A stretch of DNA of 64,000 nucleotides from an uncultured Elusimicrobia bacterium (GTDB lineage Bacteria > Elusimicrobiota > Elusimicrobia > Elusimicrobiales > UBA9959). Under the pieces are notes generated by a model. That model ran no database searches and had not been told where the DNA came from. It was given only the letters and a program-made list of their open reading frames with translations. The translations under genes and the position numbers were made by a program. Positions 61,991 to 64,000 of this stretch are shown in pieces. Location of the stretch: the NCBI GenBank assembly GCA_903889965.1, contig CAISZM010000003.1, forward strand, positions 54,834 through 118,833, written 5' to 3'. Each line of letters begins with the position of its first letter. Within the stretch, counting starts at the first letter, position 1.

Positions 61991-62863
61991 CTATTTCGCC
62001 GCCGCCAGCTGGCCGCAGGCCGCAAGGATGTCGGAGCCCTTCTCGCGGCGCAGGTACGTCCGTACACCCGCCCCGATCAGTACTTTCTGGAATTCTTTGG
62101 CCCGCGCCTCACCCGAAGGCAAGAACTCCGAAGCAGCGGACCTGTTATAGGGGATAAGGTTTATTTTACAATCGATCCCTTCCACCAGCGCGGCCAGTTT
62201 CCCGGCGCAGCGGGGGGAGTCGTTGAGGCCGTCAAAAAGAACATACTCAAAGAACACGGAGTTGCGGGAGAGGCGGCAGTACTCGCGCGCCGCCGCCAGG
62301 ACCTCCGGCAGCGGATATTTTTTATCCATCGGCGCCAGGCCGGCCCGCTGCCCCGCGTCGGAGGTTACCAGCGACACGGCCAGTTTGACCTTGAGCCCGG
62401 AGGCGGCCAGCTCCTTTATACCGGGAACGATGCCGATGGTGGACACCGTCATTTTACTCTGCGGGAAATTGAAACCTTTCTGTTCAGAGAGGACGAGTAT
62501 GGCCCGTTTCACGTTTTCCCAGTTAAGAAAAGGCTCGCCCATGCCCATAAAAACCACGCTGGACAGCTTTCCGCCGGCCTCGCGGCGGCACGCTTCGAAC
62601 TGCGCCGTTATTTCGGCCGCGGTCAGATCGCGCCTGAATCCCAGCGCGCCGGTAGCGCAGAAACGGCAGCCGCAGGCGCAGCCGGACTGCGACGAAAGAC
62701 ACGCCGAAGCCCGGCCTTTGTTGAAAAGGGTCACGCTCTCGGCCGGAGCGCCGTCGTTAAATTTAAAAAGCAGCTTAGCCGTCCCGTCCACCGCGGACAC
62801 CCTCCTGCCCGCTATCCCGTCCGGAGCTGTTTTGTTGTATTGAGGTCCCTCGCCAGTTTCCAT
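61991..62863 (-). CDS. rlmN: Radical-SAM rRNA/tRNA adenine-C2 methyltransferase (RlmN/Cfr family), short N-terminus
   Basis: It has SQSGCACGCRFCATG (radical-SAM cluster), GMGEP, and the C-terminal catalytic Cys context ILAACGQL. It is only 290 aa. Confidence 0.8.
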   Translation of the reverse strand: METGEGPQYNKTAPDGIAGRRVSAVDGTAKLLFKFNDGAPAESVTLFNKGRASACLSSQSGCACGCRFCATGALGFRRDLTAAEITAQFEACRREAGGKLSSVVFMGMGEPFLNWENVKRAILVLSEQKGFNFPQSKMTVSTIGIVPGIKELAASGLKVKLAVSLVTSDAGQRAGLAPMDKKYPLPEVLAAAREYCRLSRNSVFFEYVLFDGLNDSPRCAGKLAALVEGIDCKINLIPYNRSAASEFLPSGEARAKEFQKVLIGAGVRTYLRREKGSDILAACGQLAAAK

Positions 62864-63052
62864 TTGCCCTATAGTATAAAAAATTTATCACCGTCTTTGG
62901 GCCGGCAGGCCGCGGGGCGTCCCGCCAAGAACACCGGACGGCGGAAGCCTTGGAGCTAAAAAAACGCTATACTGGTAGCCGTTCCCCATACGCCCCGGGG
63001 CCAAGGCCCGCGGCAGACTCTGTAAAAACCCATTTACCGGGATATCAAGAAC

Positions 63053-64000
63053 ATGACCGAATCCGCGAATGCCATCTCCATATTAGCTACGGGAGAACAC
63101 GTTATTCCGCCCGTCACCGGCAAGCAGCCCGGACGTTTTTCGAGGATGGCTAAAACCCCTTACTTCAGTTTGGCGCTGCTGGTGGGCTGCGGTATCTTCG
63201 TGAGCACCTATGCGCAGACCGGGGTCATCGGGCTTTACCCGCTGCGCTTTCTGCTCAAAGACAAGCTCGGGGAGGGCCCGCTGCGCGTCGCCCTCTTCAT
63301 GCAGCTGGCCGCCATGCCCTGGAATCTGAAGATCATCGCCGGCATAGTCTCCGACGCCGTCCCGTTCTTCGGGACCAGGCGCCGGCACTACCTGATATTC
63401 AGCAGTTTCCTGGCGGGGCTGCTGTGGCTGGCCTTTTCCGTTGTGCCGCCACGGTATACGCCTATGGTCATCATGGCGATCGCCATGAACATCGCTCTGG
63501 TATTCGTCAGCACCATCACCGGAGGGATACTCGTGGAAGGCGGCCAGAGCTTCGGCGTTACGGGCAAATTGAGCTCGGTGCGCGTGCTGGCCATGAATAT
63601 CGCCGGCCTCGGAGTTCCGCTGGGCGCGCTGCTGGCTACCCGCGCGCTGGGCGTTTCAGCCATGACGGCCGCTATACCCCTCTTCCTGCTTTTTTTAATA
63701 GCCGTTTTCCTGTACAAGGAAAAACCCGTAGCTAAACGCGACCCGAAGATCTGGAAAGGAATAATCTCCCAGCTTAAGATAGCCCTGAGCGCGAAAACCC
63801 TTTGGGCGGCGTCGGGCCTGCTCTTCCTGGTGCAGTTCGCCCCGGGTTTCTTAACGCCGCTGATGTTCTATCAGACCGACACGCTGCATTTCAGCGAGAA
63901 ATTCATCGGCCTCCTTACCTTCGTGGACGCGGTCGCGGGGGCCGCCGGGGCCTTCTTCTACGTCTATTTCTGCCGCCGCTTCCAGCTGCGCCAGCTCCTC
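63053..64000 (+). CDS. BT1 (folate-biopterin transporter)-type MFS transporter, 3' end outside the window
   Basis: The frame is open from 63026 to the window end. It has MPWNLKIIAGIVSD (the BT1-like PWxxKxxxGxxSD) and multiple TM segments. The start is either 63053 or 63146. Confidence 0.7.
   Translation, partial: MTESANAISILATGEHVIPPVTGKQPGRFSRMAKTPYFSLALLVGCGIFVSTYAQTGVIGLYPLRFLLKDKLGEGPLRVALFMQLAAMPWNLKIIAGIVSDAVPFFGTRRRHYLIFSSFLAGLLWLAFSVVPPRYTPMVIMAIAMNIALVFVSTITGGILVEGGQSFGVTGKLSSVRVLAMNIAGLGVPLGALLATRALGVSAMTAAIPLFLLFLIAVFLYKEKPVAKRDPKIWKGIISQLKIALSAKTLWAASGLLFLVQFAPGFLTPLMFYQTDTLHFSEKFIGLLTFVDAVAGAAGAFFYVYFCRRFQLRQLL

Noticed and set aside
1-64000. Many long ORFs antisense to, or out of frame with, recognisable genes. 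Examples are 47756..49399 +, 51234..52751 +, 57125..58261 +, 2813..3775 -, 14558..15490 +, 22994..23719 - and 45085..45954 +.
   Set aside because: Their translations are Arg/Gly/Pro/His-rich low-complexity strings, as expected from stop-codon-poor GC-rich DNA. Each lies opposite a gene with clear family motifs (mutS, dus, macB, the Fe-S flavoprotein, the GNAT-like gene, ccdA).
1-64000. A search by eye for rRNA, tRNA, CRISPR arrays, IS elements or transposases, integrases and phage genes.
   Set aside because: I recognised none: no regularly spaced repeats, no transposase or integrase motifs, and no cloverleaf-like sequence in intergenic gaps. The absence is by inspection only and should be confirmed with tRNAscan, Infernal and ISfinder-type tools.

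Overview
All calls come from reading the ORF translations and the nucleotide sequence by eye. No homology, HMM, covariance or GC computations were run, so start codons and family assignments are provisional.

The window is a 64-kb stretch of a GC-rich bacterial chromosome. It is almost fully coding, uses the standard genetic code, and has many ATGA/GTGA start-stop overlaps. The organism looks diderm, because the window carries kdsC, a heptose-1-P adenylyltransferase and a TolC-MacA-MacB efflux set. The lineage cannot be assigned from this window. I recognised no rRNA, tRNA, CRISPR array, transposase or integrase.

Layout:
- 1-10.4 kb: housekeeping and lipid genes. These are accC (5' truncated), hldC-like, a serine-palmitoyltransferase-like alpha-oxoamine synthase followed by a GNAT-like protein, a CheY-type receiver coupled to a CheC/CheX-like protein, glpT, a 454-bp structured GGAGG-rich gap, an alpha/beta hydrolase, tcdA, tatD and glpQ.
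- 10.4-15.5 kb: a minus-strand set of secreted proteins, including a C11 clostripain-like peptidase and a HEXXH protein.
- 15.5-20.9 kb: asd, parB and parA with two identical 18-bp parS-like palindromes, then DUF2089 and excisionase-type HTH genes with repeated GTTAAC operators.
- 20.9-23.7 kb: epimerase, kdsC and ccdA.
- About 23.7-40.6 kb: a visibly AT-richer surface-glycan island. It holds GT2, a Wzy/O-antigen-ligase-like protein, GT4 x2, a pyruvyl transferase, a GT-B-like protein, a GT2 relic, DUF1919, a GT8-like protein and a hexapeptide acetyltransferase. It ends in a Dlt-like cassette: Acs-like ligase, carrier protein, MBOAT, DltD-like protein and SGNH esterase.
- 40.8-58.5 kb: mostly minus-strand core genes. 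These are a nitroreductase triad, mutL, a five-repeat secreted protein, mutS, dus, macB/macA/tolC and an Fe-S flavoprotein pair.
- 58.7-64 kb: folD, a methyltransferase, a receiver, rlmN and a BT1-type transporter that runs off the 3' end.

Most interesting items:
- The carrier-protein-fed MBOAT/SGNH acylation cassette.
- The G6-tract frameshift that splits its MBOAT gene.
- The GGAGG-rich hairpin element at 6.85-6.99 kb.
- The variant parS pair upstream of parA.
- The Spt-like plus GNAT pair.
- The five-fold repeat protein wedged between mutL and mutS.
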